43,869 bases of DNA, taken from the NCBI GenBank assembly GCA_937870675.1, contig CALMZN010000018.1:1-43869 (forward strand), in the 5' to 3' direction. Shown here piece by piece: positions 33,466 to 42,461 of the stretch. Source of the stretch: an uncultured bacterium. Its GTDB lineage: Bacteria > Patescibacteriota > Patescibacteriia > UBA1558 > GWA2-36-10. The position numbers and the translations under genes were made by a program. The notes beneath the pieces were generated by a model. That model saw nothing but the letters and a program-made list of their open reading frames with translations, did not search any database and was not told the DNA's origin. Numbering within the stretch: position 1 is the first letter of the stretch; each line of letters begins with the position of its first letter.

Positions 33466-36400
33466 TTATTCTTCTCTCTCGGCTATATCGCCAGCTGGAG
33501 CATCCATAATTATTGGGGCTTGCTCATCCAAAATTTCTCTGGTCTCGTAATCCACTTCCTCAATCTTTCTTTCTCGCTGACCAATCAATTCAACCTCCAA
33601 ACCTAGGCCCTTTAATTCTCTGACCAAGACATTGAATGACTCTGGTATGTTCAAACGAGTGATTGGTTCACCTTTAATAATTGATTCGTAGGCCTTGGAG
33701 CGACCAGGCACATCATCGGATTTGATGGTAATCATTTCTTGCAAAGTATTGGCAGCGCCATAGGCCTCCAGAGCCCAAACTTCCATTTCACCAAAACGCT
33801 GTCCGCCAAATTGAGCCTTACCGCCCAAAGGTTGCTGGGTGACTAAAGAGTATGGTCCAATTGATCTTTGGTGAATTTTGTCTTCTACCAAGTGGTTCAA
33901 CTTCATCATGTAGGCCACGCCAACCGTTGTTTGGTGTTCAAAAGCTCGGCCATTGCGACCATCATAAAGTTGTAATTTGCCACTGGCTGGCAAACCAGCG
34001 CGCTTCAATTCGGTACGGATTATTTCTTCGGGCACACTATTCAAAGACGGGCTAGCTACTTTGTAGCCCAGTGTTCTAGCTGCCAAGCCAAGGTGCGTTT
34101 CTAATAGTTGACCCAAGTTCATACGAGAAATAACACCCAGTGGGTTTAAAATAATATCTACTGGGGTGCCATCAGCCAAGAAAGGCATATCAGCATCAGC
34201 CACCACTCTAGAAATAACTCCTTTATTACCGTGGCGACCAGCCATTTTATCACCAACCTGAATCTTTCTAAGTTGAGCAATAGTAATTTGGATTGTCTTA
34301 ATCACGCCGGCTGGTAATTTGTCACCTTTATCCCTAGAAAATATTTTTATATCAATTACTTTTCCACGCTCCCCGTGTTTTATGTACAATGAAGTGTCGC
34401 GGACATCCTTGGCTTTTTCGCCAAAAATAGCGCGCAACAATTTTTCTTCAGCCGAAAGCTCGGTCTCACCTTTGGGCGTGATCTTGCCCACCAAAATATC
34501 ACCGGAAGAAACATTGGCGCCGATACGCACCACGCCTTCTCGATCTAGATCTTTTAATTTTTCTTCGCTGACATTGGGGATGTCTCTAGTGACCATTTCT
34601 GGTCCTAGCTTGGTGTCGCGCACATCAATAGAATAATCCTCAATGCTGATTGAGGTATAAAAATCTTCTTTGACCACTCGCTCCGAAATCAAAATAGCGT
34701 CTTCATAATTTCCACCATCCCAAGTCATGTAGGCCACCAAAACATTGCGACCCAGAGCCAGCTCGCCCTGGTCAGTAGCGGCGCCATCAGCAATGGCTTG
34801 ACCTTTTTTCACGTGCTCGGCCTTGTTGACTATAGGATGTTGGTTCATGCTGGTCGAGGTATTGGAACGAGCAAACTTATTTAAATGATAAATGGTGGCC
34901 ACACCATCTTTGTTGGTCACTTCAATGTGGCGTCCATCAACCATGGTAATCTCACCCTCCTCTTTGCTAACCACTACTTGTCCTGAATCAATGGCCGCCT
35001 TGGCCTCAACACCGGTGCCCACAATTGGCGCTTCGGGCTTGATCAGAGAAACCGATTGGCGCTGCATATTGGTGCCCATCAAAGCGCGAGTAGCATCGTC
35101 ATTCTCTAAAAAAGGAATCAAGGCCGTGGCAATACTAATAATCTGATGCGGTGCCACATCCATTAAATCTATTTTATCAACTGTGTCAAAAGTCGGGTTG
35201 CCTTTTATTCTGATCTCAGCAAAACCATTTTCAAAATAACCATGTTCATCAGTGGCCGCGGTCGAAGCGCAAGTGTTGTATTTTTCTTCTTCAAAGGCGT
35301 CCAAATAAACAATTTCTTTGGTGACTAGTGGCTTAATCGGCACCACTTCTATTTCTTTTATCTTGGCTAATTCCTTGGCGCGGCTTGCACTAATAACCTC
35401 GTTGGCGCTTATTAAAACTTTTTTGCTTTTTGGGTCTTTAATATCTACTCTAGCAATCTTGCCTTCGGTGATTTTTGGATCATTTTCAATATCGTGCAAA
35501 ACTTTTCTAAATGGTGTTTCAATAAAACCAAAATCATTGACCCTAGCATAAGAGGCCAAGTGCCCGACCAAACCAATGTTTGGCCCTTCGGGTGTGGCAA
35601 TTGGACAAATGCGACCATAGTGGGTGCGGTGCACATCACGAACCTCAAAGCCCGCTCTTTCGCGAGAAAGACCGCCTGGCCCCATAGCAGAAAGTCGGCG
35701 CTTGTGTTCTAGCTCGGCCAAAGGATTGACCTGATCCATGAATTGTGAAAGTTGGGAGCTCATAAAAAACTCCTTAATAACACCAATAACCGGCCGGGCA
35801 TTAATCAATTGACTGGGCGTCAAATTATTGATGTCTAAGGTGCTCATGCGATCTTTGACAATGCGCTCCATGCGAGCCAAACCAATTCTAAATCTATTTT
35901 GCACCAACTCACCAACTGCTCTGACGCGTCGATTACCCAAGTGATCAATGTCATCGGCCTCGTCTTGAGTCAGGTTCAATCTAATAATTTCTTTAATAAC
36001 CAAAACCAAGTCCTCCACGCGCAATACTCTGGTTTCTTTGTTGTTGGGAATATCCAAACTAAAACGCGCGTTTATCTTGTAGCGACCCACCCGTCCAAAA
36101 TCATAACGATCAAAATTAAAAAATATAGAGCGGATCAAACTGCGCGCGTTGTCAACCGTGGCTAGATCGCCTGGTCTGATGCGACGATATACCTCTCGCA
36201 AACCATCAGCTTCATTGTGCGCAATATCTTTGGCAATAGTTGCTTTGATAAATTTCACTTCAGGGTGAGTATCAACATCAGAAAATAATTTTAATATTTC
36301 CTCGTCGCTAGAAACACCGAAAGCTCGCAATAGTGAAGTGACTGGCACTTTGCGCTTGCGATCTATTTTTACATAAATTACATTGCTGGCATCAGTTTCT

Positions 36401-36903
36401 ATTTCTAACCAAGCTCCGCGGTTGGGGATAATTTTGGCGCCATAGTAACGACGACCACGGTGTATTTCTGAAGAAAAGAAAACTCCGGCACTACGAATCA
36501 ATTGAGACACCACCACTCTTTCCACACCATTGACTATGAAGGTGCCTCGATCAGTCATCAAGGGGAAGTCCCCTAAATAAATTTCCTGCTCCTTGACCTC
36601 GTTGGTGCGTTTGTTTGACAAACGGACATTGACTCTCAGTGGCGCCTCAAAAGTAAGATTTTTACTTTTAGCAGTCACCTCATCAAACTTCGGCTCATCC
36701 AAATAATATTCTAAAAAGAATAATTCTAAATCTCGGCCAATAAAATCTTTAATGGGTGAAATCTCATCAAATAATTCCTTTAAGCCATCTTGAAAAAACC
36801 AATGGTATGATTTTTTTTGGATTTCTATCAAATCGGGCAAGGGAATGGCCTCACGTAAAGGTGTAAAATATTTACGAGAGGTCGCAAGCTTAGTTTGAGA
36901 CAT
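33466..36903 (-). CDS. rpoB: DNA-directed RNA polymerase subunit beta
   Basis: 1145 aa. It contains GDKMAGRHGNKGVISRV and GGQRFGEMEVWALEAYGA. Confidence 0.97.
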   Translation of the reverse strand: MSQTKLATSRKYFTPLREAIPLPDLIEIQKKSYHWFFQDGLKELFDEISPIKDFIGRDLELFFLEYYLDEPKFDEVTAKSKNLTFEAPLRVNVRLSNKRTNEVKEQEIYLGDFPLMTDRGTFIVNGVERVVVSQLIRSAGVFFSSEIHRGRRYYGAKIIPNRGAWLEIETDASNVIYVKIDRKRKVPVTSLLRAFGVSSDEEILKLFSDVDTHPEVKFIKATIAKDIAHNEADGLREVYRRIRPGDLATVDNARSLIRSIFFNFDRYDFGRVGRYKINARFSLDIPNNKETRVLRVEDLVLVIKEIIRLNLTQDEADDIDHLGNRRVRAVGELVQNRFRIGLARMERIVKDRMSTLDINNLTPSQLINARPVIGVIKEFFMSSQLSQFMDQVNPLAELEHKRRLSAMGPGGLSRERAGFEVRDVHRTHYGRICPIATPEGPNIGLVGHLASYARVNDFGFIETPFRKVLHDIENDPKITEGKIARVDIKDPKSKKVLISANEVISASRAKELAKIKEIEVVPIKPLVTKEIVYLDAFEEEKYNTCASTAATDEHGYFENGFAEIRIKGNPTFDTVDKIDLMDVAPHQIISIATALIPFLENDDATRALMGTNMQRQSVSLIKPEAPIVGTGVEAKAAIDSGQVVVSKEEGEITMVDGRHIEVTNKDGVATIYHLNKFARSNTSTSMNQHPIVNKAEHVKKGQAIADGAATDQGELALGRNVLVAYMTWDGGNYEDAILISERVVKEDFYTSISIEDYSIDVRDTKLGPEMVTRDIPNVSEEKLKDLDREGVVRIGANVSSGDILVGKITPKGETELSAEEKLLRAIFGEKAKDVRDTSLYIKHGERGKVIDIKIFSRDKGDKLPAGVIKTIQITIAQLRKIQVGDKMAGRHGNKGVISRVVADADMPFLADGTPVDIILNPLGVISRMNLGQLLETHLGLAARTLGYKVASPSLNSVPEEIIRTELKRAGLPASGKLQLYDGRNGRAFEHQTTVGVAYMMKLNHLVEDKIHQRSIGPYSLVTQQPLGGKAQFGGQRFGEMEVWALEAYGAANTLQEMITIKSDDVPGRSKAYESIIKGEPITRLNIPESFNVLVRELKGLGLEVELIGQRERKIEEVDYETREILDEQAPIIMDAPAGDIAEREE

Positions 36904-37054
36904 AAACCTTTATATTTAGTAATAAATATTTAGCTAAGCGTCACAAAATTGCTTATTTTGTAGCATAAAAAAAGAAACTCACCCATATATTTTGGGTCAG
37001 TCTTTGATTACAAATTGACTAATCTATATTAGTCGCGAAAAAATTCATGTCTGG

Positions 37055-37083
37055 ATGATAACAAAATTTAGGGTCCATGTCAA
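37055..37083 (-). promoter_or_regulatory. Candidate rpoBC promoter, TTGACA-17 nt-TATCAT
   Basis: The minus strand reads TTGACAtggaccctaaattttgtTATCAT, about 150 nt upstream of the rpoB ATG. A second candidate (TTGACA at 37180..37175 with TATATA) lies about 100 nt further upstream. Confidence 0.5.
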
Positions 37084-37202
37084 GGATTTGACCCATTTTT
37101 TTTCTTTAAATATTTTTTTTATAAACAAATTGCTAATATTAGCCAAAAATACTATATATACAATTTTTTATGTTTGTCAAATTTTAACGAATTTTTGCTA
37201 AA

Positions 37203-37242
37203 ATATCCACAAAAACCACTCTTTGCACACACTTTATCCACA
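37203..37242 (+). promoter_or_regulatory. Two co-oriented DnaA-box matches
   Basis: aTATCCACA at 37203-37211 is 8 of 9. TTATCCACA at 37234-37242 is a perfect E. coli-type consensus. The starts are 31 bp apart. Confidence 0.5.
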
Positions 37243-37277
37243 CTGTTAAACTGGTCGCTACACGACGTTTAACAGTG
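37241..37277. other. 11-bp-stem hairpin downstream of the murE-like gene
   Basis: The hairpin is CACTGTTAAAC-15 nt loop-GTTTAACAGTG. There is no U-tract on either strand. Confidence 0.6.
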
Positions 37278-37305
37278 CGAGCACCACCACGCCTTATAAA
37301 AACCC

Positions 37306-38616
37306 TTATTTTGTTGACAAATTAAGGTTTTTCAACTCTTCTTTGACAACCATTCTATCGTCCCAAGGTATCTTTTTTTCATTGGCCACACAAATAAATT
37401 GTTCGGCGCCCTTACCGGTTATTAAGACAAAATCATTTTCCTTGGCCTCAGATAGCGCCCTTTTAATGGCTTTTCGGCGATCAAGATACTTTAATAATGT
37501 CTTATTAAGCTCTTTTCCGGCCTCCAGCGCTCCTTGGGCCACATTATCAATAATCATTTGCGGGTCATCGTCATAGGGATCTTCATTGGTTACTATCACT
37601 AGATCGGCCATTTTACCGGCCATTTTACCTAAAATCGGACGCCTAGCTTGATCACGACCACCGCCACACGAGCCCAAAACATGAATGAGTTTGTTTCTAC
37701 TTACTTCTTTGATGGCCTCATAAAGCTGTCCCAAGCTCTCTGGTTCTGGGGCATAGTCAACCATTATTTTAAAATTTTGTCCTAATTTGATCCATTCTTG
37801 GCGACCAGGTATGTTGCGCAAGCCACAAGAAACTGCTTGCTTGGTGTCTAACCCCAAAGCACTCAAACAAGTCAGAGCAGCCAAAATATTATAGGCGTTA
37901 AATTTGCCCAAATATTTGGCCCTGATTTCTTGGCTATTTAATTTAAATGAAACCATACCCTCTCCGGCTTGCAGGTTTGTCCCCTGGTAGTCGCCGCTAT
38001 TTTCAAACCCATAGGTTAGAAATTTATCGGGCTGATATTTTTTCAAGCGAAGTGTTTCTGAATCATCAATGTTGCTAATTATAATTTTTTTTATTTCCTG
38101 GCCATTGATGTTTTTCTTTGGCAAAGAATTCAGCCCAGCAAAAAGTTTTTCTTTGGCCGCTCGATAATTTTCAAAACTACCGTGCGCCTCAATGTGCTCG
38201 GGGCTTAAATTAGTAAAAATCAATACATCATAATTGATGCCAATGTGACGATACTGCTCAATGCCCTGCGAAGATGTTTCAATGATGGCATACTCGCAAC
38301 CGGCTTTTAGCATTTGTCTGAGTAGGGCTTGGGTTTGAAAACGACCGAGCATGGTCATCTTCTTTTTGTTAAGCCATTTTTTATCACCAACTTTAAAATT
38401 CACGGTTGAGGCCAGGCCGTTTTTCTTTTGTAAGCAATCTAGGTATTGGGAAATAATGTTTACGGTAGTAGTTTTGCCATTGGTGCCGGTCACGCCAATG
38501 ACAATCATTTTTTCACTGGGCGATCCATAGACAAAAGAAGCGGTTCGCGCCAAAAAATAATGATAGCGCGATAATATTTTTTTTCCGATTAATTTTTTTA
38601 TTATTTTTTTAATCAT
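37306..38616 (-). CDS. murE: Mur ligase family protein, MurE-like (short N-terminal region)
   Basis: 436 aa. It has the ATP-binding VIGVTGTNGKTTT, then DYAPEPESL, and a C-terminal ITGKGAEQ..WDDR. Only about 40 residues precede the P-loop. Confidence 0.75.
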   Translation of the reverse strand: MIKKIIKKLIGKKILSRYHYFLARTASFVYGSPSEKMIVIGVTGTNGKTTTVNIISQYLDCLQKKNGLASTVNFKVGDKKWLNKKKMTMLGRFQTQALLRQMLKAGCEYAIIETSSQGIEQYRHIGINYDVLIFTNLSPEHIEAHGSFENYRAAKEKLFAGLNSLPKKNINGQEIKKIIISNIDDSETLRLKKYQPDKFLTYGFENSGDYQGTNLQAGEGMVSFKLNSQEIRAKYLGKFNAYNILAALTCLSALGLDTKQAVSCGLRNIPGRQEWIKLGQNFKIMVDYAPEPESLGQLYEAIKEVSRNKLIHVLGSCGGGRDQARRPILGKMAGKMADLVIVTNEDPYDDDPQMIIDNVAQGALEAGKELNKTLLKYLDRRKAIKRALSEAKENDFVLITGKGAEQFICVANEKKIPWDDRMVVKEELKNLNLSTK

Positions 38617-39331
38617 GCCCGTTCAAATAGTTTTCTACTTTTGGTATATCGGCTGGTTTCCCAAAATCCAACCAAATTCCTTTAACACTCATTACCTTAA
38701 CCTTGCCGTCTTTGGCCATCAGATTGACAACATCGGTCAGCTCATACTCGCCGCGCGGTGACAAACCAATTCTATCTAAATAACTAAACACCTCTGGACT
38801 GAATTTGTAAAGACCAGTATTAATAAGATTGCCAACTGGACTTTTTGGTTTTTCAACAATGTTTTTTAATAAACCATTTTCGTCTACTTGTAAGACGCCG
38901 TAGTTTTGTGGCTCAGGATGTGGAAAGCCAGCCACATAGGAAAAATCATCAACTGTGTTTAGGTTAGCTAGGTCTTCTACGGCATAAATATTATCACCAT
39001 TCACTGACAAGAAATTGTCGCCACTCATCAGCTGACGAATGCACTCTAGTGGACAGGCCGTGCCATAACGCTGGTCTCCCAAAATTTCAAACTGATTTAC
39101 TAGGGAGATATTGAATTCGTCTTGATGCTGGCTAAAAAATTTTTCCATAAATTCTTTTTTGTAGCCAACCACCATGGTTATGTCACTAAAACCAGCTTTT
39201 TTCAAATTACTTAGCAAATAATACAAAAAGGGCCTATTATTGACCTCGATTAAGTGTTTGGGCTTGTCTTTACCCAAATCAAGCATGCGAGTACCACGAC
39301 CGGCTGCGGAAATCAAAACCTTTTTGATCAT
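38609..39331 (-). CDS. Sugar-1-phosphate nucleotidyltransferase (NTP_transferase fold)
   Basis: 240 aa. The N-terminal LISAAGRGTRMLDLGKDKPKHLIEV is the G-x-G-T-R nucleotide-binding signature. It overlaps the murE-like gene by 8 nt and the FemAB gene by 4 nt. Confidence 0.75.
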   Translation of the reverse strand: MIKKVLISAAGRGTRMLDLGKDKPKHLIEVNNRPFLYYLLSNLKKAGFSDITMVVGYKKEFMEKFFSQHQDEFNISLVNQFEILGDQRYGTACPLECIRQLMSGDNFLSVNGDNIYAVEDLANLNTVDDFSYVAGFPHPEPQNYGVLQVDENGLLKNIVEKPKSPVGNLINTGLYKFSPEVFSYLDRIGLSPRGEYELTDVVNLMAKDGKVKVMSVKGIWLDFGKPADIPKVENYLNGHD

Positions 39332-40347
39332 CGTAAATTTCTTACTTTATTAACTAGCTTTCGACCAAGATGATAAACCTGATACCAAGTGGGGTGATAA
39401 ACAAAATCATAAGCCCCACAAGAAACCAGGCGTTGCCCACCAAAGCCCTTCTTAAAGCGCGTAATGCCCTCCCAGCGAGGATGGCTATCACCTTTTGGTG
39501 CAATACCCCAAAAATCATAAACCAAAAAACCAGCGACCTTTGCCTGCCTGATACTCTCCCACTGCAAAAGGTGAGGAGCCATCAGGTGTCGATGTTCATA
39601 ATCTGAGCCACCATGCAAATAAACACAACTCTGCCCAAAATTTACCAAAAGATTAGCGGCAATTACCTCACCACGATATTCGGCCACGGCCAAAATGCCA
39701 GCGCGATTATCCACTAGCGTTTCCCAGAGCAATTTGTAGTACTCGTCGCTGTGTATGGAAATCTGATTACGAGTAGCTGTTAATTTTATCAAACGCAAAA
39801 ATTCTTTAAGATCATTTTTTTCTCGACTAAATTTTATTTGCACGCCATTTTTTTTGGCCAAAGCAATGTTGTATCTGACTTTAGGGCGCATCTTGCTCAA
39901 AATTTCTTCTTCACTTTGCTGTAAATCCAAAATCCAAGTGTCGCGCGGGTGAATATCCTTGCTTTTTTTTAGCTTAGGAATTTTAATATCCGTATTTGGT
40001 TCTAGACGAAAAAATATTTCTTCTCTTTTTTTTGTAGACAAGCAAATATCTCTGGCTTTTGACAAAAGTAACTTGCTTAATTCCTGTTTTTTTTCTACGC
40101 TTATTTTTTTTAAAAAAATCGGACCCTTTGGTGCCGTCAAATAACTCAAGCCCAAGGGCAAGTCGGTCTCATACACCAAGCACAAAGCCAAAACAACACC
40201 CTCATCAGTGGCCACCAGTGGCCAATATTTTTTATTTTGCCTTTTTAAAAAATCTTTCCAAACACTACTCTGCAAAAAGTTGCCCGAAATAAAATTTCGG
40301 TACAACAAATTATCATAGTTTTTTTCTTGGTCAACAACTATGTTCAT
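39328..40347 (-). CDS. FemAB-family peptidoglycan interpeptide-bridge peptidyltransferase
   Basis: 339 aa. It has the N-terminal GNFLQSSVWKDFLKRQ and a GNAT-like duplicated architecture typical of FemX/FemAB. Confidence 0.75.
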   Translation of the reverse strand: MNIVVDQEKNYDNLLYRNFISGNFLQSSVWKDFLKRQNKKYWPLVATDEGVVLALCLVYETDLPLGLSYLTAPKGPIFLKKISVEKKQELSKLLLSKARDICLSTKKREEIFFRLEPNTDIKIPKLKKSKDIHPRDTWILDLQQSEEEILSKMRPKVRYNIALAKKNGVQIKFSREKNDLKEFLRLIKLTATRNQISIHSDEYYKLLWETLVDNRAGILAVAEYRGEVIAANLLVNFGQSCVYLHGGSDYEHRHLMAPHLLQWESIRQAKVAGFLVYDFWGIAPKGDSHPRWEGITRFKKGFGGQRLVSCGAYDFVYHPTWYQVYHLGRKLVNKVRNLR

Positions 40348-40349
40348 GA

Positions 40350-40916
40350 TTATTTTTTGGTATTTTTTAAGACCTGTTTTATTTTATCTGACAAGTCGCC
40401 CTCAAGTTCCAGGCCCCTAGTCATTTCCATAACCTCGCGCTCTTTGTACCCCAAGGAGACCAAGGCCGATATTACTTGTTGGTCAGTGTTGATAAGAGCG
40501 CCGTCGGCTGACACCTCATCAATAAATTTTTCTTTCAGTTCCACCACTAGGCGCTCAGCTGTTTTTTTGCCAATACCAGAGACCTGTTGCAAAAAACTGG
40601 GGTTACCACTGGTAATGGCTCGCTTCAGGTCCAGCACTTCAGCCAAAGACATAACGCTCATAGCTGTCTTAGGGCCAATGCCAGACACCTGCAGTAGTTG
40701 TTTGAAAAAGGCCAGTTCTTCTGGATTGACAAAGCCGTAGAGGTCTAAGGCGTCTTCTTTTACATAAGAGTGAATAAAAAACTCCACAAATTCATTGACT
40801 TGAAGATTGGCAATGTCTTTGTTTTTCAAAAAAACCTCATAACCAACACCATTAACATTTATTATGGTGGCTTTTTGGTCTTTTTTTAATACGCTTCCCT
40901 TTAAATAAGCTATCAT
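40350..40916 (-). CDS. ruvA: Holliday junction DNA helicase subunit RuvA
   Basis: 188 aa. It has MIAYLKGSV..VNGVGYEV and two helix-hairpin-helix motifs (VSGIGPKTA, VSGIGKKTAERL). Confidence 0.92.
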   Translation of the reverse strand: MIAYLKGSVLKKDQKATIINVNGVGYEVFLKNKDIANLQVNEFVEFFIHSYVKEDALDLYGFVNPEELAFFKQLLQVSGIGPKTAMSVMSLAEVLDLKRAITSGNPSFLQQVSGIGKKTAERLVVELKEKFIDEVSADGALINTDQQVISALVSLGYKEREVMEMTRGLELEGDLSDKIKQVLKNTKK

Positions 40917-40922
40917 GTCCTT

Positions 40923-40951
40923 ATAATAACAAATTTAAAATATCTGGGCAA
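40923..40951 (-). promoter_or_regulatory. Candidate ruvA promoter, TTGCCC-17 nt-TATTAT, with the -10 ending 6 nt before the ATG
   Basis: The minus strand reads TTGCCCagatattttaaatttgtTATTATaaggacATG. Confidence 0.5.
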
Positions 40952-40962
40952 TTTACTGTTAA

Positions 40963-41075
40963 TAAAAACAAAAAACACCCTAGATCGCGCACGGATGTTT
41001 CTTGCTTCATTTCTGAAATTACATATATCTATAGCGCCCGACAAATTCCTGTTCGACGCAGGGATTTTCGAGTGT
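40963..41075 (-). ncRNA. Candidate ~110-nt orphan transcript between dnaN and ruvA
   Basis: It is bounded by a TTTACA-17 nt-(TGc)TATAAT promoter (41110..41082). At the other end is a weak hairpin ACATCC-12 nt-GGGTGT (40998..40975) followed by TTTTTTGTTTTT. I recognised no known RNA family. Confidence 0.2.
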
Positions 41076-41081
41076 CAATAT

Positions 41082-41110
41082 ATTATAGCAAATTTATAAT
41101 AATTTGTAAA
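41082..41110 (-). promoter_or_regulatory. Promoter-like TTTACA-17 nt-TGcTATAAT immediately after the dnaN stop
   Basis: On the minus strand, the -35 is at 41110..41105, the extended -10 TG at 41090..41089 and TATAAT at 41087..41082. Confidence 0.5.
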
Positions 41111-41125
41111 AAACATTTCCACAAG

Positions 41126-42232
41126 CTATTGCCTAATGGGCATAACTAGATAAATATAATCGTCGTGGCCCACTGGCCCTATCAGCCCTGGGGAGGTGTT
41201 GTTGTTTATGTTAATAAACACCTCTTTTTGATCAATATTATTTAACCCATCTATAATATAGCGGTAGTTAAAAATAATGTCGTTATTTTCTCCTTTTATT
41301 TCGGCTGGCACCTTGGCCAAGCTTTTGCCAGCGTGCGCTGAAGCGGTGGTAATAACAATTTCGTTGGTGACATTATCAAAACTAACCCGAACGTCATTAA
41401 TCCCCTGTTTACAAAAAAGTGACACGGCCTTGATGGCTGGCAATAGTTTATCAGCATCACACTTGATGTTGGTATTAAATTTATCGGGAATAATTTGCTT
41501 ATAGTCCGGGTAGTTGCCATCAATCACCCGCGAGACCAGCTCCACACCATCTAATGAAAACATTATTTGATTTTCATTAAAATATATTTTTAGATTTTTT
41601 TCGGAATTTTCATTTAAAATGCGCAACAATTCTTGTAGTGTTTTTAGGGGGATTATTAAATTACTTTCTTTGCTCTGGTTGGCAATTTTTATTTTCTTTT
41701 CGGCCAAACGATAGCTGTCGGTGGCCGCCAAAGTCAGCTGTTCTCCTTTGAAATTAAAATTAACCGCGTTTATTTCTACCCTAGTATTGTCTAGTGAGGC
41801 GGCAAATATTACTTGGCTTAAACTTTTTTTAAGGTCTAAGGATAAAATCTCAATTTCATTGTCCTTGGGGATTTCTGGTATAAGTGGAAAGTCCTCGGCT
41901 TCCATACCACGAATAGTGGTATCTTGATTCTTGCTTTTCACTTCCAAATTATTATCTTCACCCAAGGTCAGGGTAATATTTTCTTTTGGTAATAAATTAA
42001 TAAAATTGTTTAATAATTTGGCATCCACGGTAAAAGCACCCTCCTCCTCTACTTTACTGCGCACAAAAACTTTTACACCAATCTCTAGGTCGGTGGTTAT
42101 TAGGGTAATACCTTCTTTCTCCGCTTTTATTAAAACATTATTTAATATGGGTAAATTGCTGTTTTTATTAGCAATATGTGAGACCAAGCCCAACCCATAG
42201 TTTAAATTTTCTTGCGTACAAATGATTTTCAT
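41126..42232 (-). CDS. dnaN: DNA polymerase III beta sliding clamp
   Basis: 368 aa with three-domain beta-clamp length and sequence character. It lies directly downstream of dnaA. Confidence 0.93.
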   Translation of the reverse strand: MKIICTQENLNYGLGLVSHIANKNSNLPILNNVLIKAEKEGITLITTDLEIGVKVFVRSKVEEEGAFTVDAKLLNNFINLLPKENITLTLGEDNNLEVKSKNQDTTIRGMEAEDFPLIPEIPKDNEIEILSLDLKKSLSQVIFAASLDNTRVEINAVNFNFKGEQLTLAATDSYRLAEKKIKIANQSKESNLIIPLKTLQELLRILNENSEKNLKIYFNENQIMFSLDGVELVSRVIDGNYPDYKQIIPDKFNTNIKCDADKLLPAIKAVSLFCKQGINDVRVSFDNVTNEIVITTASAHAGKSLAKVPAEIKGENNDIIFNYRYIIDGLNNIDQKEVFININNNTSPGLIGPVGHDDYIYLVMPIRQ

Positions 42233-42461
42233 ATACTTATTATTAGTTTATATATTATATAGTCGTAGTAGGTGTGGTGCATATGTTGATAAGTTAGTGT
42301 TGTATAAAGTATTTGTTCAGTAATTTTGCGTTTATTTGTTAATCCACCTTGTGCATCACCACAGGACAACTTTGTGTAAAAAAAAGTAATTTTGGTTTTA
42401 GTTTCAAAAAAAAATTATTTTCAAAGACATTCACACAGAATCACACCGACTAATTAACAGT

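Noticed and set aside
29551-36903. Numerous 60-105-aa ORFs antisense to, or out of frame within, rpoB and rpoC (and similarly within PBP1A, glgA and dnaN)
   Set aside because: They are fully embedded in strongly supported conserved genes and have no start-site signals. They are typical shadow ORFs.
37190-37305. Possible tRNA or other structured RNA gene in the GC-richer patch after the murE-like gene
   Set aside because: I could build no 7-bp acceptor stem and no T-loop (GTTCRA-type) motif on either strand. The only structure is a simple 11-bp hairpin.
40963-41075. SRP (4.5S) RNA between dnaN and ruvA
   Set aside because: The ends can pair (ACACUC/GGGUGU). However, I could not fold a continuous long hairpin, and the conserved GGAAGCAGCC-type domain IV motif is absent (only AUGAAGCAAG is present).
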